From positions 1 through 56,106 of the IMG/VR virus record IMGVR_UViG_3300030106_002316: a DNA stretch of 56,106 bases. One strand, written 5' to 3'. This document shows positions 47,373-55,396 of the stretch, piece by piece. The notes under the pieces were generated by a model. It was not told where the DNA came from and did no database searches. It worked only from the letters and a program-made list of their open reading frames with translations. The translations under genes and the position numbers were made by a program. Numbering within the stretch: the stretch's first letter is position 1; each line of letters begins with the position of its first letter. Origin of the DNA: a virus (taxonomy: Duplodnaviria; Caudoviricetes).

Positions 47373-47752
47373 GATTTTGCTCCTTCCTCAATAAAAAAAA
47401 CCTTATCGACCATATCTTGTGCTGTCTCCTCGTTAGGGGCCGACAATTTTGTCTCGTCATCACTTTCAGGTCTGACAAGTTTATAGCTGACAATTTTATG
47501 GCTGACATTTAATTGGTTGACAAATTCCATGTTGGCTATCTGTATTGCATCCTTATAATCTTCCGCACAATCCCAAATACAAGAATAGTTTGTTACAATT
47601 TCCTCCGTCACTCCTGTCATCTCACAGTCCACGCAGTCACGTTCTGTGATATGCGCCCACTGTCCACTATCATCAACGCCATGCTCAGTAACCTCTTGCA
47701 TTCCAGTACCATTACATTCAGTGCAAGCCCACGTTACTTGAAAATCAGGCAT
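47369..47752 (-). CDS. Hypothetical protein with DnaJ-like zinc finger
   Basis: CTECNGTG and CVDCEMTG; RBS AGGAGG. Confidence 0.7.
   Translation of the reverse strand: MPDFQVTWACTECNGTGMQEVTEHGVDDSGQWAHITERDCVDCEMTGVTEEIVTNYSCIWDCAEDYKDAIQIANMEFVNQLNVSHKIVSYKLVRPESDDETKLSAPNEETAQDMVDKVFFIEEGAKS
47471..47527 (+). repeat. Degenerate 15-bp-period array of TGACA
   Basis: TGACA starts at 47473, 47488, 47503, 47518. Confidence 0.8.
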
Positions 47753-48050
47753 TACCTCCTCCAATCCAAGCTCCTAAGTCTAGGCCAACAAAGAATCCTC
47801 TGTCTTCCGCCTGTTCCTCGCTTAATACATCGGCATCAATAGCTAAGTCGCCTGTTTGACGTAAAGCGTCTGACATAAATGTTAGTGCCTTATCAATTGA
47901 AGCAAAGAGCATCACTTCTCCCGCATCATCCAAGAGATATTCCTTACCATTCAACGAGATACCTTCTGGATGCATATAAATATGGTACAGTGCATCTGGT
48001 GCATTCTCGTGTTGGTTCTCGCGTAACTCGTCATTAGCTTGGTGGCTCAT
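47745..48050 (-). CDS. Hypothetical protein
   Basis: EGISLNG.EYLLD..G.V..F motif; RBS AGGAG. Confidence 0.7.
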   Translation of the reverse strand: MSHQANDELRENQHENAPDALYHIYMHPEGISLNGKEYLLDDAGEVMLFASIDKALTFMSDALRQTGDLAIDADVLSEEQAEDRGFFVGLDLGAWIGGGNA

Positions 48051-48219
48051 TATTCAATCTCCTTACTTTTAGTGCTAAGTCTATGATCTCTTGGGCTGTC
48101 ATAATAAATGCCCAATCTTCTCCAATAGCATCATCAGCTATCTCTGTAGCTACTTGATAATCACCACAATTACCAAGAGGTAAACATTGTCCTAAATAAT
48201 CAAAAGCATACCAATTCAT
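48034..48219 (-). CDS. Hypothetical protein
   Basis: RBS GGAGG; operon packing. Confidence 0.7.
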   Translation of the reverse strand: MNWYAFDYLGQCLPLGNCGDYQVATEIADDAIGEDWAFIMTAQEIIDLALKVRRLNNEPPS

Positions 48220-48231
48220 TATTCAACCTCC

Positions 48232-48489
48232 TTATGTCTTCATACTGAATGGGTTATTGCTCCATAACGTACCAGCCTTAACACGCACCATTGCATGCTT
48301 CTTAGTATCTTTGCCAGTATTGTTTGGAACTGTAAGTACAACGTTGCGTCCTTCGCTGAAAGCACGTTGCTGGTCAAGTAGTCGTTGCATACTAGAACGT
48401 TGTCTTCTAACAGCCTTAGTAGTCTCTTTTGCAACACTACGTCTTTCACCTTTAGAGGTGTACTGAGGTCTGGATTTCTTTCTACCCAT
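48232..48489 (-). CDS. Basic hypothetical protein
   Basis: MGRKKSR..YTSKGERRSVA...AF..GRNVVLTVPN. Confidence 0.7.
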   Translation of the reverse strand: MGRKKSRPQYTSKGERRSVAKETTKAVRRQRSSMQRLLDQQRAFSEGRNVVLTVPNNTGKDTKKHAMVRVKAGTLWSNNPFSMKT

Positions 48490-48490
48490 G

Positions 48491-48724
48491 TTATATCCTA
48501 ACAAACTTAGGATTATTAACACGTTGGCTTGTAGGAGATAGATTCTTACAAGCTTTCAATGATCTCCAATAAGTTTCAGTGTCGGGACAATACCACAACC
48601 AACTCTTGCCGTTACGAACTTTATGCAACGGCGTTCTAACAAGCCTATGTTTATTAATATTGTCTGAACTGGCTAGTAAGTCATTGAAAAAGTCATTCAT
48701 AAATGCAATACTATTTTTTGACAT
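48491..48724 (-). CDS. Hypothetical protein
   Basis: RBS AAGGA; operon packing. Confidence 0.6.
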   Translation of the reverse strand: MSKNSIAFMNDFFNDLLASSDNINKHRLVRTPLHKVRNGKSWLWYCPDTETYWRSLKACKNLSPTSQRVNNPKFVRI

Positions 48725-48784
48725 ATTCTTTCCTTTTCAAAAATGTTGAAGATAGGGACAGAGTACACCACCTAAAAATCAGTG

Positions 48785-49018
48785 TCAAACTTTATTATTG
48801 CAGTCTTGTGTTCCATGCTCCTGCAACAGAAGATTGATTTCTTCCTCCGAAGCAACTCCAATGTAATATCTCAAGCGATCTTCAAATGCAAAGTTCATCA
48901 GGGTTTGAAGATCCCAACTGTCCACTAAGTTATCAACAGCATTTTCAATGCTGACAATTTTATTCGCTGACAATTTATTCGCTGACATTTTCATCGCTGA
49001 CATTTTCATCGCTGACAT
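48785..49018 (-). CDS. Hypothetical protein; start at one of the ATGs inside the tandem repeat
   Basis: VDNLVDSWDL..L..FA pattern; exact start ambiguous. Confidence 0.55.
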   Translation of the reverse strand: MSAMKMSAMKMSANKLSANKIVSIENAVDNLVDSWDLQTLMNFAFEDRLRYYIGVASEEEINLLLQEHGTQDCNNKV

Positions 49019-49022
49019 TTTC
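48950..49022 (+). repeat. Five-unit 15/16-bp tandem repeat (GCTGACA followed by an A/T-rich tail ending TTC or ATC)
   Basis: Units start at 48950, 48966, 48981, 48996, 49011. Confidence 0.92.
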
Positions 49023-49271
49023 TTTTCGTAAAGTAAATGGATCATCGTAACGAACTTCTGACATCGGGTACACCATCTCCACATAAATGTCTCTGTAGAC
49101 ATCGCCTGTCCAATCATCAAGAGCGTACACATCCTTATCCTCATAAGGGTTGACATTTTTAAGCATCTCTTGACCTTGCTGTTTTGCGTGAGCAATGTCA
49201 TTCGCTTTCACAATACATTCATACCATTGGGTACTAGCACGTTGTATTCTAATACAATATTCGTCAGCCAT
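48975..49271 (-). CDS. Hypothetical protein ending in repeat-encoded ENVSD x3
   Basis: Start MADEY behind RBS AGGAG. Confidence 0.65.
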   Translation of the reverse strand: MADEYCIRIQRASTQWYECIVKANDIAHAKQQGQEMLKNVNPYEDKDVYALDDWTGDVYRDIYVEMVYPMSEVRYDDPFTLRKENVSDENVSDENVSE

Positions 49272-49461
49272 TCTTCTCTCCTTTTTTCTCCTGTTCCCAA
49301 GCCTCATTGACATCTTTTGTTGCAGGATTATCTGCTTTGTACCTACCGCCTTTTGTTCTAGCACGTTTACGCTTACGTTTAGGTTTGTCTTCTGGTTCAA
49401 ACTCTAACACGAATATGCTGGAACACAAGTCTCTAAATGTTTTAACGTCACTCAGTTTCAT
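49264..49461 (-). CDS. Small phage protein with RAR..G.Y.ADNP.T.D.NEAW motif
   Basis: Motif and RBS. Confidence 0.7.
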   Translation of the reverse strand: MKLSDVKTFRDLCSSIFVLEFEPEDKPKRKRKRARTKGGRYKADNPATKDVNEAWEQEKKGEKNG

Positions 49462-49636
49462 CTTCTTTCTCCTCTTTCCAAGCCCATAGTCTCATACTGA
49501 AACCATTTTCTTCGGTTGACCACTTAAACTCCCAAGAACCACCAAAATGTCTTACAAGAATCTGTTGCAAGTCATTTCTAAATTCTTTGGGACACGGTGT
49601 TTCTTCTTCTTCTTCAATGCATTGTTTCATCATCAT
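49448..49636 (-). CDS. Hypothetical protein
   Basis: Operon packing, RBS AGGAG. Confidence 0.6.
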   Translation of the reverse strand: MMMKQCIEEEEETPCPKEFRNDLQQILVRHFGGSWEFKWSTEENGFSMRLWAWKEEKEDETE

Positions 49637-49895
49637 CTCCTATAACATCAACAACCCATTTGTCTGAATTATCAGTGTCCATAGAATCAGCAAAACGTGT
49701 TAATTCTTCTAATAGAAAAGCTACTGCAAGGATAGGTGAAGGTGCTTTCATCATAACACTGGTGTAGAGAGCGTGTATTGCTCCTGTAAGCATCGCTCTG
49801 GGATCGTTTGGATACCTGTTCTCCAAATCTCTCATTACTTCTGTGAGATTCTTAAAACTCTCTATCATTATGTCAGTATCTAATTTATCTGTCAT
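49614..49895 (-). CDS. Hypothetical protein
   Basis: ATGA coupling at MTDKLD. Confidence 0.6.
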   Translation of the reverse strand: MTDKLDTDIMIESFKNLTEVMRDLENRYPNDPRAMLTGAIHALYTSVMMKAPSPILAVAFLLEELTRFADSMDTDNSDKWVVDVIGDDDETMH

Positions 49896-50119
49896 ATTAC
49901 ACTCTTCTGTTTTAAGTCTTTCATAGCGTGGTATAAATGCCACTTTGCATCTGTAAGTTTTCTATAATCAGACATGTACATATCCCCATCCATCTCTGCA
50001 ATATTATCAAGAGGTTGGCTAATAAGATCATTAATTCTTACAAGAAACTCTGCTGGAGTAAGATACTCATTACCGTTCCAGTGTATAGGCGAAGTCTTAG
50101 TTTGTTTTGTTGTACTCAT
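49892..50119 (-). CDS. Hypothetical protein
   Basis: ATGA coupling at MSTTKQ. Confidence 0.6.
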   Translation of the reverse strand: MSTTKQTKTSPIHWNGNEYLTPAEFLVRINDLISQPLDNIAEMDGDMYMSDYRKLTDAKWHLYHAMKDLKQKSVI

Positions 50120-50424
50120 ATCGCTACATCCATTCTTACACCACGACACTTTATCCACTGCATTGTATCAAGATTAACATTGCGATACCCTCTTGTTGCA
50201 GGTTCCCACACAGTAATATATTCTGGTGCAGTAAAAGAGTTACCACCCTTGAAATGTTTTGTTACACCAAGCCGACAAGTCATTACTCTCTCGACACCAT
50301 TTAGTTTAATGAACTTAACAGTGAAGAAACGAGAACCCACCATTTCAGATATTTTTCTTTTGAAGTCCATGTGGTCTACTTGCTTTGTATAACGATTGTT
50401 AAAGTAGTATGGCCGATTTCGCAT
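50116..50424 (-). CDS. WYL-like/SH3-fold phage protein (DUF2693-like), first gene of the early cluster
   Basis: FFTVKF.K.NG.ER.M.CRLGV...ITVWE....GYR.VNL. Confidence 0.7.
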   Translation of the reverse strand: MRNRPYYFNNRYTKQVDHMDFKRKISEMVGSRFFTVKFIKLNGVERVMTCRLGVTKHFKGGNSFTAPEYITVWEPATRGYRNVNLDTMQWIKCRGVRMDVAI

Positions 50425-50452
50425 TAGATTTCCTTTCCTTTAAAAAAAATGC

Positions 50453-50482
50453 TTGACAAGTGAAATTTGGTCGGAGTATACA
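50453..50482 (+). promoter_or_regulatory. Possible promoter for the replication arm, overlapping the opposite promoter
   Basis: TTGACA-N18-TATACA with an upstream A tract; imperfect -10. Confidence 0.5.
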
Positions 50483-50503
50483 TAGTAACAATTTGCATGT
50501 CAA
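50475..50503 (-). promoter_or_regulatory. Sigma70-type promoter for the early cluster
   Basis: TTGACA-N17-TATACT on the minus strand. Confidence 0.8.
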
Positions 50504-50538
50504 CAGCTAATTTAGTTACTGACAAAAAGGGAAAGAAA

Positions 50539-51069
50539 ATGACAGAATTTAGCCAAACATTTGCAATGCCAAACAAGGATACACTGAGTATTAAACCCAT
50601 TAGAGAGTTTGCAGAAAAATGGGTAAACAAGTCACTTACACTTAACAAGCTTAAAGTTGTAATTGATCCATTTGCTAAAGATTGTGAATTGGGAACAATA
50701 ACAAATGACCTTAATCCTGACACAAAAGCACATTATAATATGAGGGCGGAGGTATTTTTAGATATGCTGTTAGATGATGGTGTGAGAGCAGACGTTGTTA
50801 TCTACGATCCACCTTACAGTGTTAGACAAATAAGCGAGTGTTATAGTGCAGTAGGAATTAAAACAACACAACAAGATACGCAGTCTAGTTTTTATACTAA
50901 GATTAAAGACAGAATAAGACCGCTGTTGAAACCCGATGGCATTGTGTTATCATTTGGTTGGAATAGTATGGGCGTGGGTAAGAAGGGTTTTGAGTACGAA
51001 GAGATCATGTTAGTGACACATGGTGGTGTACACAATGACACTATATGTGTAGCACAAAGGAAGGTATGA
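50539..51069 (+). CDS. Amino (N6-adenine/N4-cytosine) DNA methyltransferase
   Basis: Motif I IDPFA, catalytic DPPY, LKPDG.V.SFGWNS.G.GK. Confidence 0.8.
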   Translation: MTEFSQTFAMPNKDTLSIKPIREFAEKWVNKSLTLNKLKVVIDPFAKDCELGTITNDLNPDTKAHYNMRAEVFLDMLLDDGVRADVVIYDPPYSVRQISECYSAVGIKTTQQDTQSSFYTKIKDRIRPLLKPDGIVLSFGWNSMGVGKKGFEYEEIMLVTHGGVHNDTICVAQRKV

Positions 51070-52796
51070 TGACAACATATACACTAGATATAGAAACAGA
51101 CAGCCTTGAAGCACAAAGGATATGGTGTGTCTGTGTAAAAGCGTTGTATTCTGATGACTACATTGTTGCAACGAAAGCTGAAGATCTATCTTTTATAACA
51201 CAAGACGACACATTGATAACTCATAATGGTGTACAGTTTGACATTCCTATTCTTAATAGGTTATGGAATACTGGCATTAAACTGAATCAAGTTAGAGACA
51301 CTCTTATAATGTCGCGTTTGTTTAATCATAGTCGAGAAGGCGGTCACTCGTTAGGTCAATGGGGTAAGCGTCTTGCGTTTAAGAAGATGGATTTTGACAA
51401 TTTTAAAAGCTACTCTGACAAAATGGTTGAGTATTGCAAGCGTGATGTCGCCCTAACAGAAAAGATATATTTTTATTTGAAGCGTGAAGGTGAGAATTTT
51501 TCTGACAAATCTATTCAACTAGAGCATGAGATCGCTCATATTATAAGCTTACAAAGTAACAACGGTTTTTATTTGAATAGAAAAAAAGCTAATGATTTAT
51601 TTGAAGAAACGTTTACTAAGGCCAATCTCATAAAAGAGCAACTACAGAAGGAGTTTAAGCCGAAGCCCAAGCTTCTTAAAGAGGTGACACCAAAGATAAA
51701 GAAAGACGGAACACTATCTCCTGTAGGTTTAAATAAGATTAAAAATTGTCTTAAGACAGTAGGCGGTAAGTTCTCTTTAATTGAGTTCGTAGACTTCAAC
51801 TTAGGAAGCCCGAAGCAGATTATTGAAAGATTAGATTCTTGCGGATGGAAGCCCGTAGAGTTCACACCGAAAGGCTCCGCTAAGATATGTGAGAGGAATC
51901 TTGAAACTATCTCTGACACTGCACCACAGTCTGCTAAGAAGCTGGCAGAGTGGAAGATGCTGGAATCACGGTGGAAGACTGTAGAGAGTTGGCTGAAGTT
52001 TTGTGGCACTGACAATCGTATTCACGGTAAAGTGATGACGATGGGTGCTGTGACAGGACGTATGACACACTCGGACCCTAACATGGCGAATGTAGTGTCC
52101 TCTGAGAAGCCCTACGGACGCGAATGCCGTGAGTGTTTTACTGTTGAGGATGCTGACAATTACAGTATGGTGGGGATGGATGCTAAAGGGCTAGAACTAC
52201 GAATGTTAGCACATTACATGAATGACAAAGAGTATACTGACATTGTGTTGCATGGTGATCCTCACACTGCCAATCAAGAAGCGACAGGTTTGAGGACAAG
52301 ATCTCAAGCCAAGACTTTTATCTACGCATTTCTTTATGGTGCAGGAGCAGAAAGACTAGGTTCTGTGGTTAACGGCACAGCTAGGGATGGTGCGATGCTG
52401 AAGAAGAAATTTTTATATAACATGCCCTCTTTACAAAAGCTTTTGGATAAGGTACAAAGATTATCTAGCAATGGAAGTATTAAGGGTTTAGATGGACGAA
52501 GACTTATAATACGACATCAACATGCATCCTTGAACACACTATTACAAGGAGCAGGGGCAATAACCTGTAAGCAATGGAGTATTTGTATGCACCGTTACAT
52601 TAAAGACAACAAGCTTAATGCTAAGCTAGTGAACACTATACACGATGAGTTACAGTACGAAGTACATAACGATGATGTAGAGCAGATGATTATAGGTGCT
52701 GACAAAATGATGCAAGAGGCTGGAAAACTTCTTGGTGTAAGATTACAACTTAACGCAGACGCAAAGGTAGGTACGACATGGGCAGACACTCATTAG
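51066..52796 (+). CDS. Family A DNA polymerase with 3'-5' exonuclease (T7 gp5-like)
   Basis: Exo DIET, HNG..FD, YC.RDV; motif A DAKGLELR, motif B KTFIYAFLYG (Tyr at the Pol I 762-equivalent position), motif C IHDE. Confidence 0.96.
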   Translation: MMTTYTLDIETDSLEAQRIWCVCVKALYSDDYIVATKAEDLSFITQDDTLITHNGVQFDIPILNRLWNTGIKLNQVRDTLIMSRLFNHSREGGHSLGQWGKRLAFKKMDFDNFKSYSDKMVEYCKRDVALTEKIYFYLKREGENFSDKSIQLEHEIAHIISLQSNNGFYLNRKKANDLFEETFTKANLIKEQLQKEFKPKPKLLKEVTPKIKKDGTLSPVGLNKIKNCLKTVGGKFSLIEFVDFNLGSPKQIIERLDSCGWKPVEFTPKGSAKICERNLETISDTAPQSAKKLAEWKMLESRWKTVESWLKFCGTDNRIHGKVMTMGAVTGRMTHSDPNMANVVSSEKPYGRECRECFTVEDADNYSMVGMDAKGLELRMLAHYMNDKEYTDIVLHGDPHTANQEATGLRTRSQAKTFIYAFLYGAGAERLGSVVNGTARDGAMLKKKFLYNMPSLQKLLDKVQRLSSNGSIKGLDGRRLIIRHQHASLNTLLQGAGAITCKQWSICMHRYIKDNKLNAKLVNTIHDELQYEVHNDDVEQMIIGADKMMQEAGKLLGVRLQLNADAKVGTTWADTH

Positions 52797-53281
52797 AAAC
52801 AGAACACGGTGAAAAAGCAGAAAAGCTTTTTAGAGACATAGCGATACAAGAAGGATATTCTGTTAAGAAATCAACACGTTACAGTAACATAGCAGAACAC
52901 ATAGATTTTCATTTAACATCAAAAAGAGGGTTTGACAATTTTTCTGTTGATGTAAAAGCAAGGAAGAAACCATCAAGAGATGCAACGTGGTACGAAGATC
53001 AAGAAGTGTGGGTAGAGTTTCATAATGTTGCTGGCAAGAAAGGCTGGTTATATGGAGAAGCTGACAAAATAGTTTTTGAAAGAGAAGGAGATTTTGTCAT
53101 AGTCCCTAGAGCCGAATTGACAAAATTTTGTGAAAAATCTGTTTCACCTTGTTTTGTTAAAAGCGCAAATGAAGCTTTGTATAAAAGTTACAGACGCAAA
53201 AACCGAAAAGACGTTATTAGTAAAGTTTTAATGGCTGACATTGTTGAGAATGTAGAGAATATTATTTATTGGAAAAAATAA
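52778..53281 (+). CDS. PD-(D/E)XK-family nuclease-like protein
   Basis: G..AE..F, HIDF, VDVK, WVEF.NV.G..GWL.G.AD. Confidence 0.7.
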   Translation: MGRHSLETEHGEKAEKLFRDIAIQEGYSVKKSTRYSNIAEHIDFHLTSKRGFDNFSVDVKARKKPSRDATWYEDQEVWVEFHNVAGKKGWLYGEADKIVFEREGDFVIVPRAELTKFCEKSVSPCFVKSANEALYKSYRRKNRKDVISKVLMADIVENVENIIYWKK

Positions 53282-53590
53282 ATGAAGAAGTACAATCCAC
53301 TGCCAAAAATACTAACAATAAAACAAAGTAACATACACGGTTTAGGGTTGTTTGCTATTGTCAATATACCTAAAGGAACAGAACTTGGCATGTGCCATCT
53401 TAACATTAACAGTGTGCTAATAAGAACACCGTTAGGAGGTTTTTACAATCACAGCGACAATCCAAACTGTGTAAAATATGAGAAGCATAATAAAAAAGGT
53501 TACGCCAATACTTACTATTATTTAAAAACAATAAAAAATATTATGAAAGACGAAGAATTAACAGTTAAATATACTTTATATAAAATGTGA
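53282..53590 (+). CDS. Minimal SET-domain protein (putative protein lysine methyltransferase)
   Basis: S.IHGLGLFA...IPKG, F.NHS..PN, I...EELT..Y. Confidence 0.85.
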   Translation: MKKYNPLPKILTIKQSNIHGLGLFAIVNIPKGTELGMCHLNINSVLIRTPLGGFYNHSDNPNCVKYEKHNKKGYANTYYYLKTIKNIMKDEELTVKYTLYKM

Positions 53591-53599
53591 TTTTATCTG

Positions 53600-53628
53600 T
53601 TGACACGAATAAATAAATAATGTAAATT
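53600..53628 (+). promoter_or_regulatory. Sigma70-type promoter upstream of SSB
   Basis: TTGACA-N17-TAAATT. Confidence 0.7.
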
Positions 53629-53667
53629 AACAGACTTAGAAACCATAGATCGAAAAGGAGAATATCT

Positions 53668-54108
53668 ATGATAGTTAGAGGAACAGCTAAATGGGCTTCA
53701 GTTTTTGAACCAAATGTTATGTCTGGTAAGTATCAGGTTGACATTTGCAACTTAGACGACAAGACCATTAAAGAGCTAAAGAAGCATGGCCTTGATGTTA
53801 AGAAAGGCACTGACAAGAAAGAAGACCAAGGACACTACATAACGGCGAAAGCCAGCAAGTACGCTCCTAGAGTCTTAAATAATAAACGAGAAGTTATGGA
53901 CGGTTCCGATCTTATCGGTAACGGTTCTACTATTAAAGTATCTATCACACCGTTCAAATGGAATTTCCAAGGTAAGTCTGGTGTGAGTGCTGCTTTAAAT
54001 TCCCTTATGGTAGTCAAGCTTGAAGAATATGGTGGCGGTGATTATCTTGAAGCTGAACCAGACGATGACTTTTCGTTTGATTCGGATGGGGAGGGCGAAG
54101 AGCTTTAA
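53668..54108 (+). CDS. Single-stranded DNA-binding protein (T7 gp2.5-like)
   Basis: G.AKWA.V.EPN..SGKY.VD, IGNGS..KV, L....V..L.EY, acidic tail; RBS AAGGAG. Confidence 0.85.
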   Translation: MIVRGTAKWASVFEPNVMSGKYQVDICNLDDKTIKELKKHGLDVKKGTDKKEDQGHYITAKASKYAPRVLNNKREVMDGSDLIGNGSTIKVSITPFKWNFQGKSGVSAALNSLMVVKLEEYGGGDYLEAEPDDDFSFDSDGEGEEL

Positions 54109-54224
54109 TACGGGTTTATAAAGCTTACGCTCCAAGAGTAGGTAGGGATGACCAGTAGGAGTCATCGGTATTAGAGCGAGGGATCGGGGCTGCTAGTACA
54201 AAGTTCTTTCTGTTGTTGAAGTGA

Positions 54225-54280
54225 GAAATCCCGTACACCAAAGTTATGCTCCTTACTGAAGTGTGCGGGTTTTCTTTTTT
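54225..54280 (+). terminator. Intrinsic terminator-like hairpin after SSB
   Basis: GAAA-CCCGTACAC / GTGTGCGGG-TTTC stem with a large loop, followed by a T6 tract. Confidence 0.65.
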
Positions 54281-54294
54281 GCAAGGAATTTAAA

Positions 54295-55134
54295 TTGCCT
54301 AAAATTATTACGTTAATAGACGACATACACAAGCTTCTTGAAGATGGTAAAGAAGGCGTTAATGAGAAACACTTACAAGAATTTTTTAAGTTTTTACGTG
54401 AGGATATAAATGTATTTTTGTCAGGAGAAAAGAGAGGAAAACCTAGTTTACGAATGTCCTCAATTGGTAAAAAGGATCGTAAACTTTGGTATGAATTTAA
54501 TAGTAAGAAACCGCCAGAGGAGATAGACGGTAAGCTTAAACTTAGATTCTTCTTTGGGAATCTTGTTGAATCTTTTCTGTTATTGCTTGCACAAGAAGCA
54601 GGTCACAAAGTAACAGACAGACAAAAGGAAGTTATAGTGGAAGGTGTTAAAGGACACATAGACTGCAAAATAGATGGTGTGTTAGTAGATGTTAAGTCTG
54701 CTTCTGACTTTGGTTATAGAAAGTTTAAAGATAATAGCATATACCACGAAGATCCTTTTGGATACATTGCTCAGTTAAGTGGTTACGTTCAAGCGGAGGA
54801 AGGAGATGTTGGATACTTCTGGGCTTACAACAAAAATAACTCTGAGATGACACTTACAGAGCTAGACGAACTAACGATGATTGATACATCACAACGAGTT
54901 AAGCATCTCAAGAAGATGGTCAAAAATGGTAACATGCCAGAAAGATGCTACTCTGACATTCCACACGGTAAAATGGGTAACAGAGTTATTGACAAGAATT
55001 GTAATTATTGCGAGTATAAGATAGATTGTTGGAAAGACACAAACGATGGCGATGGGCTAAGAGTCTTTCAATACTCTTACGGTAAAGAATACTTTACTCA
55101 TGTTGAGAGGACACCAAAAGTTTTAGAATTGTAG
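54295..55134 (+). CDS. Cas4-like PD-(D/E)XK exonuclease
   Basis: LRMS.IG, GHID..IDG.LVDVKSAS, YIAQL..Y, CNYCEYK..CW; TTG start. Confidence 0.8.
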   Translation: MPKIITLIDDIHKLLEDGKEGVNEKHLQEFFKFLREDINVFLSGEKRGKPSLRMSSIGKKDRKLWYEFNSKKPPEEIDGKLKLRFFFGNLVESFLLLLAQEAGHKVTDRQKEVIVEGVKGHIDCKIDGVLVDVKSASDFGYRKFKDNSIYHEDPFGYIAQLSGYVQAEEGDVGYFWAYNKNNSEMTLTELDELTMIDTSQRVKHLKKMVKNGNMPERCYSDIPHGKMGNRVIDKNCNYCEYKIDCWKDTNDGDGLRVFQYSYGKEYFTHVERTPKVLEL

Positions 55135-55144
55135 ACGTACTGTA

Positions 55145-55396
55145 ATGAAAAGGAAAGGAAAAGGTACATGGCATATAAAGTGGTTTTCAACAATTTTGTT
55201 GATGCTTGGTATGACTTTGACAAGTCAAAATATTTTCCCATACAATTTATACCTTCACTTAGTAGGAACGTTAGGTTGGACATACGTTTCTATTGTGTGG
55301 AATGATAGAGCTTTGATTATTTTGAATAGCGTAGCTTTATCTATATTTATAAACGGAATAATAGCAGAAATGGTGAAAACAAATGGGATACCTTAA
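55145..55396 (+). CDS. Small membrane protein (DUF6552-like)
   Basis: KW.ST..L..GM.LTS.NI.PYNL......GW..V...W.DRAL..LN. Confidence 0.75.
   Translation: MKRKGKGTWHIKWFSTILLMLGMTLTSQNIFPYNLYLHLVGTLGWTYVSIVWNDRALIILNSVALSIFINGIIAEMVKTNGIP

Noticed and set aside
48950-49022. Tandem repeats as a CRISPR array
   Set aside because: Units are 15-16 bp and contiguous with no unique spacers; the Cas4-like gene is a common phage exonuclease
48785-49400. Long N-terminal extensions of ORFs 48785-49201 and 48975-49400
   Set aside because: They overlap better-supported genes; downstream starts with RBS or coupling fit better
51066-52796. DnaJ zinc-finger insertion, intein or intron in the polymerase (also checked RNR and TerL)
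   Set aside because: No CxxCxGxG repeats or intein termini seen; lengths are ordinary and the frames are uninterrupted
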